Below, piece after piece: positions 49,832-59,314 of a DNA stretch of 64,000 bases. The DNA lies in NCBI GenBank assembly GCA_938041435.1, contig CALISR010000008.1, forward strand, positions 5,100 through 69,099, given 5' to 3'. This stretch comes from an uncultured Candidatus Saccharibacteria bacterium (GTDB taxonomy: Bacteria; Patescibacteriota; Saccharimonadia; Saccharimonadales; Saccharimonadaceae). Every line of letters starts with the position of its first letter. The stretch's first letter is position 1. The notes under the pieces are model-generated. The model had not been told where the DNA came from. It searched no databases and saw only the letters and a program-made list of their open reading frames with translations. The position numbers and the translations under genes were made by a program.

Positions 49832-50289
49832 GATTTTCTGCAACTTTTACTACTGTTATTTTTATGAATCGAACATTAATTTTATTCACCATGATTAACA
49901 CACGACTGAATATTGATGGTATGGTAGATGGTAGAATGCGCACTTATGACAAAATATAATATTGAATTTTCTTTTAATATATTCAACCTCATTGTATAGG
50001 ATAATGGCAACTAGTGTCGTCTCGAATCTTGATTTCTCACTACCGGAGAGCAGGAGAATGGCACAAAGACAAGTATTTTACTTGCAATGTGCAACCAAAA
50101 CAACCGGCTCATCTACCTGCATTGCGGCAGGAAAAGTAAACAGCAAAAGGGCGCTCTGCCGCAGCAGCAAATCGATACGTGAACCAAAATAATCACCGCA
50201 GAAAAGAAGGCACGAAGAGAACACGATAAAGAAAACGATTGCAAAAAGCAAGCAAGAAATCACCAGCCTGCGTGAATGAATTGCACAAT

Positions 50290-51243
50290 TTATTCAGTCG
50301 CCATACTACCAACGATCAAGCTCGCGCCAATTACATCATCAACGCTCGAGCCACGCGATAGGTCGCTGATTGGTCGTGCGAAGCCTTGCAATATAGGGCC
50401 GTAGGCGTGGCCACCAGCCAGGTGCTCGGCGAGCTTGTAGGCAATGTTGCCAGAGTTGAGATCGGGGAAGATGAGGACGTTGGCTTGGCCAGCAACGGGA
50501 CTGGTAGGGGCTTTTTTGTGGCCAATGGTGGGGACGAGAGCCGCGTCAAGTTGGAGCTCACCATCGATGAGGAGTTCTGGCTGGTGGGCTTGCACCTCTG
50601 CGAGTGCGCGGCGAATTGTTTCGACACTTTGGCCGCCAGCACTGCCCAGCGTGGAGTACGATAGCAGCGCAACGCGGGGCTGCCAGCCAAGCCGGGTGGC
50701 GCTCAAGGCACTGGCCTCGGCAATGGCGGCTAGGCCAGCGGCATCTGGTGCGATGTTCATCCCGCAGTCGGCAAAGATAAGCAGGCCATCCTCCCCACCA
50801 GTAAAGTGGGGCATATCCATCACGAAGAAACTCGATGCATAGCGCACCCTGGGTGCTAAGCCAACAACCTTCAGCGCAGCCCGCAATACCGCAGTGGTGG
50901 GGTGGTCAATGCCGGCCACCATAGCATCACACGTGCCATCGCGGAGCAGCTGGGCCGCGTAGGTGAGAGGGGTAAGGGGAGGTGTATCGGCGGTGTTTGC
51001 AGATGTCGTATCGTGTTGGTGGGGTACTGTCATAATCTCGATGCCATTAAGCGAGATACCTGCATCGGTAGCAGCCTGCTTGACAGCAGTTGGGCTATCT
51101 GCAACAAGCACAGGCCGAACGGCGCGCCAATCGGCCAGCTGGCGTACGGCGCTGAGGATAATGGGGTTGGTATCTTCTGGGTAGGCGATGCGCGGCGGGT
51201 GAGTGGCGAGCGCATCACGGAGGGTGAGTATACGCTGATTCAT
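50290..51243 (-). CDS. pta: Phosphate acetyltransferase
   Basis: YPE, SSFFVM, FADCG, ALLSYST.GS, DGELQLDAA, FPDLNSGNIAYK, GPILQG..P.SDLSRG. Confidence 0.93.
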   Translation of the reverse strand: MNQRILTLRDALATHPPRIAYPEDTNPIILSAVRQLADWRAVRPVLVADSPTAVKQAATDAGISLNGIEIMTVPHQHDTTSANTADTPPLTPLTYAAQLLRDGTCDAMVAGIDHPTTAVLRAALKVVGLAPRVRYASSFFVMDMPHFTGGEDGLLIFADCGMNIAPDAAGLAAIAEASALSATRLGWQPRVALLSYSTLGSAGGQSVETIRRALAEVQAHQPELLIDGELQLDAALVPTIGHKKAPTSPVAGQANVLIFPDLNSGNIAYKLAEHLAGGHAYGPILQGFARPISDLSRGSSVDDVIGASLIVGSMATE

Positions 51244-51263
51244 ACTTGTAGTATAATCGATAT
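51244..51263. promoter_or_regulatory. Putative bidirectional leaderless promoter (overlapping -10 boxes)
   Basis: TATAAT (+, 51252-57) and TATACT (-, 51250-55), each exactly 6 nt from a divergent ATG. Confidence 0.65.
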
Positions 51264-51746
51264 ATGGAAGAACTCATAATCGAACAGGCAACCGCCGTCA
51301 GCCAGGCTGATGTGGCGGCAATCGCAGCACTGGGCGATGTGCTGCACCAAGCCGGAACAACCGCGCCAACTACTCCAACTACCCATGATACAGCGGCGAT
51401 GGACGCTTTGCGTCAGGCGCTAGAAGCAGTGATTGCTGCTGAGAACCAAACGCTGCTCTTGGCCCGCCTTGACGGCAAGGTGGTGGGCATGGCAACACTC
51501 GCGCTGCTGGTGGGGCCGATCGCTGGGCGTAAGATCTACCTGGATGACTTCGTAGCCGACCCATCGGTGCAGGGCAAGGGGGTTGGCTCGCGGCTGTGGG
51601 ATGCAATGCTGAGTTGGGGTCAGCAGCACGGTGCGACCAAGCTCACCTTTACCTCCAACCCCAAGCGCCAAGCTGCCCACCGCTTTTATCTCCACAAGGG
51701 TGCGACGATCTATAACACGACGGTGTTTGAGAAGACGATTGAGTAG
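51264..51746 (+). CDS. GNAT acetyltransferase
   Basis: YLDDFVADPSVQGKGVG, TSNPKRQAAHRFY. Confidence 0.9.
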   Translation: MEELIIEQATAVSQADVAAIAALGDVLHQAGTTAPTTPTTHDTAAMDALRQALEAVIAAENQTLLLARLDGKVVGMATLALLVGPIAGRKIYLDDFVADPSVQGKGVGSRLWDAMLSWGQQHGATKLTFTSNPKRQAAHRFYLHKGATIYNTTVFEKTIE

Positions 51747-51982
51747 CGTAGGTTAAGCTGCCCACTTCTCCTCTCTCATGTACCATCTCCTTCTTATCTG
51801 GTAGCGCAGGGCCCAGCTACTGATCATTATTAGTACCATACAGCTTAATCTATGATGGCAATTTCTGCAGCAGCTTAGAAGAGGATGTATGAGAGAAGGG
51901 TGTGAGATTATTCAATTGCCAAGACAGCCTTTGTTGTATTACTAATATAATACGCCGTGTACTGCGACAGAAAGACAGCCAA

Positions 51983-52564
51983 ATGGCACGAACTCAAGCC
52001 CAAGAAGCATTCTCCACCCTGCAAAGCACCCCGCGCGAACGAGTGACCGCGGCTGATCAAGCAGCGGCAGTAGTACAGTTGAGCCAGATTGCCTTGCATA
52101 TGATGACAAAATTTGCTGATCGGGTAAACATACACGGCAGCCGGGTGGATGAGACAACGCTAGCAGAAGGGGCTGATTCACCTCTGTTGCCAGGTCAGAG
52201 CCGTGCTATCCTCAGGCTTGCAGCACCATATGCCGATGGCTCGCGATTGCAGGCGGATGTTGAGACGGCGACATTTTGGCGTGAGCCGCTACAGCCGAGC
52301 CTAAGCGACAATGCGATAGCTGCGACAACACACGAGGTAAGCCTGGTGAGTGGCTCAAAGCAGCTGCGCTATCGCATTATTACAGAAGGTTATCGCCAGC
52401 GGGTGGTGCGCTCGCTGATCGGCCTGGCGCATAGTGGCCAGCCCGCCACGCGCACGATTGGTGAGAGCCAACGGATCAGCCGAGGCGATCAAGTGGTGAG
52501 CGGCGCCGAAGTGCGAGAGCTCTGGAAGGTTCTGAATGGGGCGGAATCGCTTGATGATGAGTAG
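51983..52564 (+). CDS. Hypothetical protein (possible orphan family member)
   Basis: 193-aa ORF; shares helical motifs with the 55366 ORF. Confidence 0.7.
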   Translation: MARTQAQEAFSTLQSTPRERVTAADQAAAVVQLSQIALHMMTKFADRVNIHGSRVDETTLAEGADSPLLPGQSRAILRLAAPYADGSRLQADVETATFWREPLQPSLSDNAIAATTHEVSLVSGSKQLRYRIITEGYRQRVVRSLIGLAHSGQPATRTIGESQRISRGDQVVSGAEVRELWKVLNGAESLDDE

Positions 52565-52862
52565 TTGAAGTGATTGGCCTCTAAGGCTTCGCCTTCTTAA
52601 CCTCAGCTACCCTTCTACCACTTCAGGCAGGTAGAATTAAGACCTGGTTGCAAACTAGTACTTATTTTTGATGCTGGGTCGTTCTTGGGGGTATTGTCAG
52701 TTCTTAGCTTCAAGAGAAAGGAATGATACAAACCTGTGAAATTACCGAAGAGGACTTTGAGATTCACTAAGGTCGACGTTCTTCTGAAAAGTAAAAACCG
52801 GCCATTATAGCCGGTTTTCTATTCTGAGCAGTGTTTTCTCTCAGATATTCTTGCTTCCTCTC

Positions 52863-53645
52863 CTAGCGGCAGAACTGCATGGCAATGTAATATTGGTCGC
52901 CTTTTTGCGTTAGGCCAATGCCAGCTTTGTCGTAATCGCCCGAGAACATGATCTTGTTGTGTGGTGGGGAATTGATCCAGACATCCGTGGCTTGTTGCTC
53001 ATTGTACGAGATCGGTACGAGCTCGAGAATCTCACCACTGGTGCGGCAGCTGTAGAGTTGCTTCAGGCGGTCGAGGCCACCATCGTGGCTGAGCTTATTA
53101 ATCTGCGCATTGTAGGCCGACTGAGCACGCGTGCTGGTATCGATCTGCTCGATGCGCTGCACACTACCAAGCGAACGCGCTGCCCGTTCCTTGTTGACCG
53201 TTGCAAAGACGCGGTCGACAAACTCTGGTGATGGCACGTTGGAGTTAGAATTTGACTTGTTATTCGATGGGTTGCTCTTTTGGGCGTTGCTATTCGAGCG
53301 CGTATTCGAACCAGACGAAGTGCCATTGGTTGCTGCTGGCTTTTGCTCAGCTGCTGGCGTTGGCGTTGGTGTCTCACTGGGCTTCGACGCTGGCTTGATA
53401 GCCTTGGGAGAAGCGTTGGAGGCGATGATTATTTTGATAGCTTGGTTGCGCTGTGCGAGTGTCTGCGCGGATGGCTGGTCGGACGGCGCTAATGCCTTGG
53501 CCATATGTCCACCGGTTGTTGCACTCGTTGCATTGTATGCAGGCGCTGACGAACCACTCTTTGGCTGGGCTGCTACGATGACGCCCGCGCCTGCGAAGAC
53601 GATCATTGTACCAGCTATGCCATACACGAGTCTCTTCATACTCAT
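52863..53645 (-). CDS. Secreted CAP (SCP) domain protein
   Basis: N-terminal TM/signal, S/N/P linker, VNKER, LSH, GE, WINSPPH, GIG. Confidence 0.88.
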   Translation of the reverse strand: MSMKRLVYGIAGTMIVFAGAGVIVAAQPKSGSSAPAYNATSATTGGHMAKALAPSDQPSAQTLAQRNQAIKIIIASNASPKAIKPASKPSETPTPTPAAEQKPAATNGTSSGSNTRSNSNAQKSNPSNNKSNSNSNVPSPEFVDRVFATVNKERAARSLGSVQRIEQIDTSTRAQSAYNAQINKLSHDGGLDRLKQLYSCRTSGEILELVPISYNEQQATDVWINSPPHNKIMFSGDYDKAGIGLTQKGDQYYIAMQFCR

Positions 53646-53784
53646 ACTACCCAGCGTAGCATAGATATGACAGGATGTGAAATAAGATTCGTGAAAAACT
53701 GGCTTGCAACAGAGGCAAAAATCGTGAAAAATAATACGAAAAATAGCGCCAAAGCGCCAATATATTATGGATAAACAAGGTTAG

Positions 53785-53829
53785 CTCACCACTCACCGGA
53801 ATGCAGTGCACTCGACGGTGAGTGGTGAG
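53785..53829. terminator. 14-bp perfect-stem hairpin after the 53837 ORF
   Basis: CTCACCACTCACCG..CGGTGAGTGGTGAG. Confidence 0.5.
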
Positions 53830-53836
53830 GATGGAC

Positions 53837-54199
53837 TTATGGGGATACGAATGTGATGACTATCTCTTCACCTTCTTTCAATTGACCGAGGTCTGCTATT
53901 GCCTCGTTGATGCTGTTATTCATCTTTCTGAGGTTTTGTATGGTGCGTAGTATAGCGAATAAAACAAGTGCTACAGCCAGGCTGCATGCATATACAATTC
54001 GCCATGAGATGCTGAAATGTGTCTCAGCCGCGATAATTTTGTCAGAAACAAAGACAATATTTGCGGCATTTACTATACACCAGAGACTGAGTGAGATTAC
54101 GCTACCCCAGTGATGCTGTCTAATATACTTAGGTAAGTACACTAGTGCGACACTAAAGGCGGTCGCCGATATAACAATCGCGAAGATATTGAGAGCCAT
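53837..54199 (-). CDS. Small orphan membrane protein
   Basis: 3 TM helices; AGGAGG RBS; low GC. Confidence 0.7.
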   Translation of the reverse strand: MALNIFAIVISATAFSVALVYLPKYIRQHHWGSVISLSLWCIVNAANIVFVSDKIIAAETHFSISWRIVYACSLAVALVLFAILRTIQNLRKMNNSINEAIADLGQLKEGEEIVITFVSP

Positions 54200-54250
54200 T
54201 GTAGCCTCCTAGAAAAGTCCGAACCCTTTGCGGGATTGCAAAAGGTTAAT

Positions 54251-54281
54251 ATATATATCAATATATGAGCGGCTCGTCAAG
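54251..54281 (-). repeat. 31-bp promoter-like motif, copy 2
   Basis: + strand ATATATATCAATATATGAGCGGCTCGTCAAG. Confidence 0.7.
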
Positions 54282-54386
54282 ACGCTCACTCTGGGTCATC
54301 ATGCATTGACAATTTGCGCCATGAAAATAGTACGTGCGAGTGGCCTCAGCGTGCTACTTCCTACTCGATAGCGTATACTATGATGT

Positions 54387-54839
54387 ATGAACTCCAGTCC
54401 ACCAGCCACTCCGCCCGCCGTTTTTTGCTCCTATGCCTTTACCGGTGAGGACGAAGCAGTGGTGCGCGCTCGGATGCGCACAGTGGTGGCAGCGCTCAGG
54501 CAGGCGGGCTGCGCGGTGTATTGCAATCTTTTCGACCCAGCATGGCCTAGCTACCATACGCCAGGTGAGTTCATCCGCCGTGCGCTGAGCGTGCTGCCCC
54601 AGTACGATATGGTACTCGTGGTCCAAGCGTCGCCGCGGCGCAGCGAGGGGATGCTTATGGAGGTGGGTGCGGCGCTGGCGCTGGGCAAGCCAATCGCCCT
54701 GGCGCAGCACCACAGCGTGGGCCAGCAGAGCTACCTGAGTGACCAGCTCATCGCCACGCGGACGGAGGTATGGCGCAGTGAGGCGGAGCTGCCAGTGGTG
54801 GTGCAGCGGCTGGTGAGTAATGATAGTGAGGTATACTAA
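54387..54839 (+). CDS. Nucleoside 2-deoxyribosyltransferase-like protein
   Basis: VFCSY, RSEGMLMEVGAALALGKPI. Confidence 0.75.
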   Translation: MNSSPPATPPAVFCSYAFTGEDEAVVRARMRTVVAALRQAGCAVYCNLFDPAWPSYHTPGEFIRRALSVLPQYDMVLVVQASPRRSEGMLMEVGAALALGKPIALAQHHSVGQQSYLSDQLIATRTEVWRSEAELPVVVQRLVSNDSEVY

Positions 54840-54841
54840 CT

Positions 54842-54870
54842 TTGACATCCGCCGCCGTCTCTGCTACAAT
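54842..54870 (+). promoter_or_regulatory. rplU promoter
   Basis: TTGACA-17 bp-TACAAT with TG extension. Confidence 0.75.
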
Positions 54871-54903
54871 CAGTCGGAAGTATTAATAATTATAAGGAAT
54901 CAG

Positions 54904-55209
54904 ATGAAAGCAGTCATTCAGCTTGGCGGCAAGCAGTATCTCGTCGCCGAAAAAGAGACCCTCCTGGTGGACCGCCTCCCGGACGGCACAAAAGCGCTCG
55001 AAGCCGATGCACTCCTGACCATCGATGGCGAGACAACCACTGTTGGTACGCCGCACGTTGCAGGCGTCAAGGTCAAGGCCGAGGTCGTAGAAGCGCTCGT
55101 TAAGGGCGACAAAATCCGCGTCATTCGCTACAAAGCCAAGAAGCGCGTCCACAAAGAGCGTGGCCACCGCCAGCAATACAGCCGCATTATGATTACATCG
55201 ATCAAATAA
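54904..55209 (+). CDS. rplU: 50S ribosomal protein L21
   Basis: MKAVIQLGGKQY, VGTP, KGDKI, GHRQ. Confidence 0.96.
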   Translation: MKAVIQLGGKQYLVAEKETLLVDRLPDGTKALEADALLTIDGETTTVGTPHVAGVKVKAEVVEALVKGDKIRVIRYKAKKRVHKERGHRQQYSRIMITSIK

Positions 55210-55237
55210 CCACGGCGTATTGAGCAATAGCAACAAG

Positions 55238-55264
55238 AAACCACCCAGCTGATGGGTGGTTTTT
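55238..55264 (+). terminator. Terminator after rplU
   Basis: AAACCACCCA-gctga-TGGGTGGTTTTTT. Confidence 0.75.
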
Positions 55265-55297
55265 GGCATAGCAAAGACATGTTCTTGATTTGATCGG

Positions 55298-55330
55298 TTG
55301 ACTTTCAGAGAGAGAGAGAGAGAGCATTAT
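55298..55330 (+). promoter_or_regulatory. Putative promoter with (AG)9 tract in spacer
   Basis: TTGACT-ttc(ag)9 (21 bp)-CATTAT. Confidence 0.5.
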
Positions 55331-55365
55331 AGGTGTCATAGTATATAACATAACAGAGGTATACC

Positions 55366-55959
55366 ATGGCACACGAGCAGCCCGGAACAAACAATCAAGA
55401 GAAAATCGCTACGGTAGGGCAGTTTGCTGAGCGGCTCTCCAAGGAGGAGAAGGCACAGGCAGCGGCAGATTTTGACGACTTAGTGCAGGAGACGCTGCTG
55501 CAATTTGCTGGTGAAGCGAATACATACGATCACACGGTTCTCACTGACCGCGTGAAGTCGAGTGTCTTGCTGTATGCAACACAGGGTGAGAGAACGGTCA
55601 CAATCCTGACCGAATCGACAACACTAGACGATGGCACGCAGGACCGAATGATTAGCCTTAGGGAGCGGGGTGGCGACAGTTTTCGCTATCATCTTGAGGA
55701 TGGTGTGGTGCGGCGATTTGATACACGGCAGGGGAGCGAATCTCAGCGCAAAATACCACAAGAATTGACCATTGGCAGGAATCTGCCACCAGAGGAAGCA
55801 TACGAGCGCACGCTTGCAACGATAGACCATCTCAAGAACGAACTAGCGAACCAGAAACTCGAGCGTCAAATGGGCATCAACGACCAACCAGTCGACACGC
55901 ATGAGGTAGCCCAGCTACGCGAACTGATCGCCACGGCAGAGTACAGGGAGCTATATTAG
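55366..55959 (+). CDS. Hypothetical protein (possible orphan family member)
   Basis: 197 aa, GAGG RBS. Confidence 0.75.
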   Translation: MAHEQPGTNNQEKIATVGQFAERLSKEEKAQAAADFDDLVQETLLQFAGEANTYDHTVLTDRVKSSVLLYATQGERTVTILTESTTLDDGTQDRMISLRERGGDSFRYHLEDGVVRRFDTRQGSESQRKIPQELTIGRNLPPEEAYERTLATIDHLKNELANQKLERQMGINDQPVDTHEVAQLRELIATAEYRELY

Positions 55960-56074
55960 AATTATTCTGAATATGGTATAAAATTGTTCATTTGTTCACC
56001 TCTGTTATTTGCATGCAGCTATGCTTGTATAGTATGCTAAAAGAGAAGTATATCTAACACACAGAGGGAACAAC

Positions 56075-56851
56075 ATGACATACAACACACCACCCTGCGC
56101 GGGCGATGCTTTGCGTCGCACGCCATATACAGCCAATACTGACGCTGAGTGTGCACCACCAGGCCAGCACGAGCAGCCGGGCTTATTGGCTGAGCAGCTC
56201 ACCGCAGTCGTCCAGGATGCTATTACCACTCAGTACAGAAGTGCGCGCCGACGTGGTGCGGCTGACCGGCAGCGCTACGACGGTGGTGAGGTGCGCAGTG
56301 TATACTTTGGCCACAAAACTGATAGTGGGCAGCGCCTCACCCTGAGTGCCCGGGCTGCTTTGGATAAAGATGGCCGGGTGTACGACCCGCATATTGTTAT
56401 CTATGAGGTGGATAAATATGGCGCGTATGCTGGCGCAGTGCGGTCGTATTATCTCGACACGCCTAGCCATAGCGATGCATCGCTAGCTGAGCCACAGGTA
56501 TTTTGCTATGAGTATGATTATACCAAGCTAAATGATGCATTTGTACCAGTAAAGAAGGTGCATCCAACAGAGGTAGATAGCCAAGAACTGGCCGATGTGT
56601 GCGCGTTACTGCAGCAAGCAATAGTCCAGTCGCCGGAGCAGTACGCGCACCAAGAACTCGACGAAGTAGATCGTATGCTGCGACCCGAGCGTTGGTCGCT
56701 ACCATCTGTAGATGCGGTGGGACAGATGGGTCAGCGTGCGCTGCAGCTAGTAGCGGGGTCATGTCGAGCACTGCTTAGCAAAAGCAAGCGCATACCCCTC
56801 GCTTCGCATATGAGTGAGCTGGTGCGCGGCGGCGCGAGCAATGATGCGTGA
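56075..56851 (+). CDS. Hypothetical protein
   Basis: 258 aa, GAGGG RBS; 3' end overlaps prmC by 93 bp. Confidence 0.7.
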   Translation: MTYNTPPCAGDALRRTPYTANTDAECAPPGQHEQPGLLAEQLTAVVQDAITTQYRSARRRGAADRQRYDGGEVRSVYFGHKTDSGQRLTLSARAALDKDGRVYDPHIVIYEVDKYGAYAGAVRSYYLDTPSHSDASLAEPQVFCYEYDYTKLNDAFVPVKKVHPTEVDSQELADVCALLQQAIVQSPEQYAHQELDEVDRMLRPERWSLPSVDAVGQMGQRALQLVAGSCRALLSKSKRIPLASHMSELVRGGASNDA

Positions 56852-57604
56852 GTGCTGGCAGGGGTCGGCCTCGAGGATGAGTAGACCGCTAGGTGCGAGC
56901 CATTGCTCTGTCTGAGCGAGGAGGGTAGAGATGAGGGCGAGCCCATCGTCCTTGGCAAAGAGTGCCAGGGCTGGCTCGTGCGCTGTCTCGCGGTCGTCGC
57001 GCTGCCAAGTGGGGTTGACATAGGGGAGATTGGCAAGAATGACATCATAGCGCTGCTGCGCTGCCGCGAGCAGGTCGCTCTGGATGAATTTAACAGAGGT
57101 AGCACCGTGCTGCTGCGCGTTGCGCTGAGCAATGGCGAGGGCCTCTGGGCTGATGTCGTACGCATCGACTTGGCACTGTGGAAGCTCGAGCTGCGCTGTG
57201 ATGGCGAGAATGCCGCTGCCAGTGCCAATATCAGCAATGGTGCGCTGCATGGGCTGAATGAGCTGCAGTAAGAGGGTGATCATTTGCTCTGTCTCGGGCC
57301 GAGGCACGAGCACAGTGGGCGAAACGACGAAATCGCGCCCATAGAATTCCTTGTGCCCCACCAGGTAGGCCAGTGGCTCATGCCGAAGGCGGCGGGTAAG
57401 GAGTTGCTCCGCCTGCATGTGTTGCTCGTGCAGGAGTGTGCTATCGCCATGGGCATGAAGCCAGTGTCGAGGCCGCTGCAGCACATGACTTAGCAAGAGC
57501 TCACTATCGAGCCGGCTGCTGGCAATACCAGCCGTCCGTAGCTGGGCAGCCGCCGCAGCAAGCCACGTATCGACAGAGGTAGGTGAGGAGATTGAGTGAC
57601 GCAT
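56759..57604 (-). CDS. prmC: Release factor glutamine methyltransferase
   Basis: RLDSELLL, EPLAY..G.KEFYG, VLVPRPETE, DIGTGSG, NLPY, EP..ALF. Confidence 0.94.
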   Translation of the reverse strand: MRHSISSPTSVDTWLAAAAAQLRTAGIASSRLDSELLLSHVLQRPRHWLHAHGDSTLLHEQHMQAEQLLTRRLRHEPLAYLVGHKEFYGRDFVVSPTVLVPRPETEQMITLLLQLIQPMQRTIADIGTGSGILAITAQLELPQCQVDAYDISPEALAIAQRNAQQHGATSVKFIQSDLLAAAQQRYDVILANLPYVNPTWQRDDRETAHEPALALFAKDDGLALISTLLAQTEQWLAPSGLLILEADPCQHSRIIARAAAHQLTHMRSEGYALAFAKQCST

Positions 57605-57734
57605 TAACGCATTATATTGTAGCATAGTGGGTGACATACACAGCAGCAACTGATCCATCGATTTGCAATTGGTACAAAGCAGTATTACAATACATAATCA
57701 CTACGACATACCAATAACGGAGAAGGAGCGGCCT

Positions 57735-58388
57735 ATGTCTCACGAATTAGCACTACCAACATCAACTCAAGAAAATTGGCGTGGGCTCCGCAAACCACTC
57801 GGTGCGATTGCGGCATTGGCTTTGGCGGCTGGATTGTCTGGCTGTGGCGCGCAGGAGCAAGCACGACCAGCAGAGAGCAACACAGGTAGTGCAGCGGCGG
57901 CAGGCTTTAACCCTACCAGTTATGACAGTTGGGCTCGTGAAGTTGCTGATGGCCCAGTATGGATTGCGCCAGGTTTCGTTGGTGAAGAGCTGGATGCTAA
58001 CAGCGGTGATACTTATGCACTACCGTTGGCAACGGTTAATGGTGACCCATCGTGTAGCCAGCCAGGCGCAGTCAAAAAGAACCCAGCGAATGAAGTAAAG
58101 CTCTACACAGCGACTCACGATCCAGATCAAATTAATGAAGTACCACAAAGTGACATTAACTTTATCACAACATCTGATGGTAATGGCGTCAATGCAGTGA
58201 AGAAGAGTGGCTTGGTGTTCACTCAATGTATCGGGTTCAATAAGGTAGAAGATAACTTTGGCACAGGTGAAGTTCCAAAAGAGGCTGCTTTCCCACAGTC
58301 TGATGGCACATGGCACAAGATGGAAATTGCCACGAAGCATACAGACGGTGTCAATGGAGCATTCGCAGCTAATAGAGCATTGAACTAA
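57735..58388 (+). CDS. Putative lipoprotein
   Basis: AAGGAG RBS; basic + hydrophobic signal ending in LSGC lipobox. Confidence 0.75.
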   Translation: MSHELALPTSTQENWRGLRKPLGAIAALALAAGLSGCGAQEQARPAESNTGSAAAAGFNPTSYDSWAREVADGPVWIAPGFVGEELDANSGDTYALPLATVNGDPSCSQPGAVKKNPANEVKLYTATHDPDQINEVPQSDINFITTSDGNGVNAVKKSGLVFTQCIGFNKVEDNFGTGEVPKEAAFPQSDGTWHKMEIATKHTDGVNGAFAANRALN

Positions 58389-58595
58389 TAGAGGTACCGC
58401 ATACGTTATCATAGGTAGCTTGAGCTAGTGAGGTGGTAGCGGCACAGTCTCTCTATGAGATATGAGGTGTAGTGATCGACAAGAAAGGACATGGGCGAGC
58501 GTTCCGAGCCAAACGGCTAGAGCGCTTGCCCTCTTGCTTTCTCGCACCATTCTATGGTACTATGGTAGCTGTAATTTATTACGTAATAGCAACTC

Positions 58596-58680
58596 ATCCC
58601 AGGACGAATTGGTAAGTCTTGGCCAGCGAAGTGTGTAGCCACGCAGTGCTGGTACCAAGATACTGCTAGTCGCCGGGGAT
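58596..58680 (+). promoter_or_regulatory. Long hairpin in the rplC operon leader
   Basis: ATCCC/GGGAT, TCTTGG/CCAAGA, CCAGC/GCTGG, GTG/CAC nested; TGGTACTAT -10 at 58555-58563. Confidence 0.55.
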
Positions 58681-58702
58681 TTTACATGGGAGCAAGAGGG
58701 CA

Positions 58703-59314
58703 ATGAAAGCACTTCTCGGTACCAAGATTGGTATGACCCAAATCATCAGCCAGGATGGCACGACGATTCCTGTCACGCTTATCCAGGCTGGGCCTGTCGC
58801 TGCGACTCAGGTCAAGTCCGTCGAGACCGACGGCTACAACGCAGTGCAGGTGGCGTATGGTGCGGGTAAGAACCTGAGCAAGGCCGTGGCTGGGCACGTG
58901 AAGCCAGCCGGTGTCACCCCGAAGCATATTCGGGAATTTCGTGTCGATGACCTTGGCGATGTCAAGGTGGGCGACACATGGAGCGTTACGGAGTTTGCGC
59001 TCGGCGATGTCGTGGATGTCACGGGCATCAGCAAGGGTAAAGGTTGGGCTGGTACGATCAAGCGGCACAACTTCAAGCGCCACCGCAAAACCCACGGTGG
59101 TAAGGGTAACACGCGTAAAGTCGGTTCGATCGGTAGCATGTACCCACAAAAGATTTTCAAAGGGAAGCGCATGGCAGGCCAGATGGGCCACGAGCGTGTC
59201 ACTGTCAAGAATCTGACGGTTGAGTTTATCTCGGCTGAGGACAACTTGATCGGTGTCAAAGGCGCTGTCCCAGGCCCCAAGAAGGGCTTAATTATCCTAG
59301 GAGGTGCTAAGTAA
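58703..59314 (+). CDS. rplC: 50S ribosomal protein L3
   Basis: GTKIGMTQ, DGYNAVQ, SKGKG, KRMAGQMG, KGAVPGP. Confidence 0.98.
   Translation: MKALLGTKIGMTQIISQDGTTIPVTLIQAGPVAATQVKSVETDGYNAVQVAYGAGKNLSKAVAGHVKPAGVTPKHIREFRVDDLGDVKVGDTWSVTEFALGDVVDVTGISKGKGWAGTIKRHNFKRHRKTHGGKGNTRKVGSIGSMYPQKIFKGKRMAGQMGHERVTVKNLTVEFISAEDNLIGVKGAVPGPKKGLIILGGAK

Noticed and set aside
53750..53776. dif-like site (..TATATTATGGATAAA)
   Set aside because: Only a partial XerD-arm resemblance and no convincing XerC arm
54904..55264. Loss of rpmA, rpsJ or rbfA from the genome
   Set aside because: They are only absent from their usual neighbours in this window and may lie elsewhere
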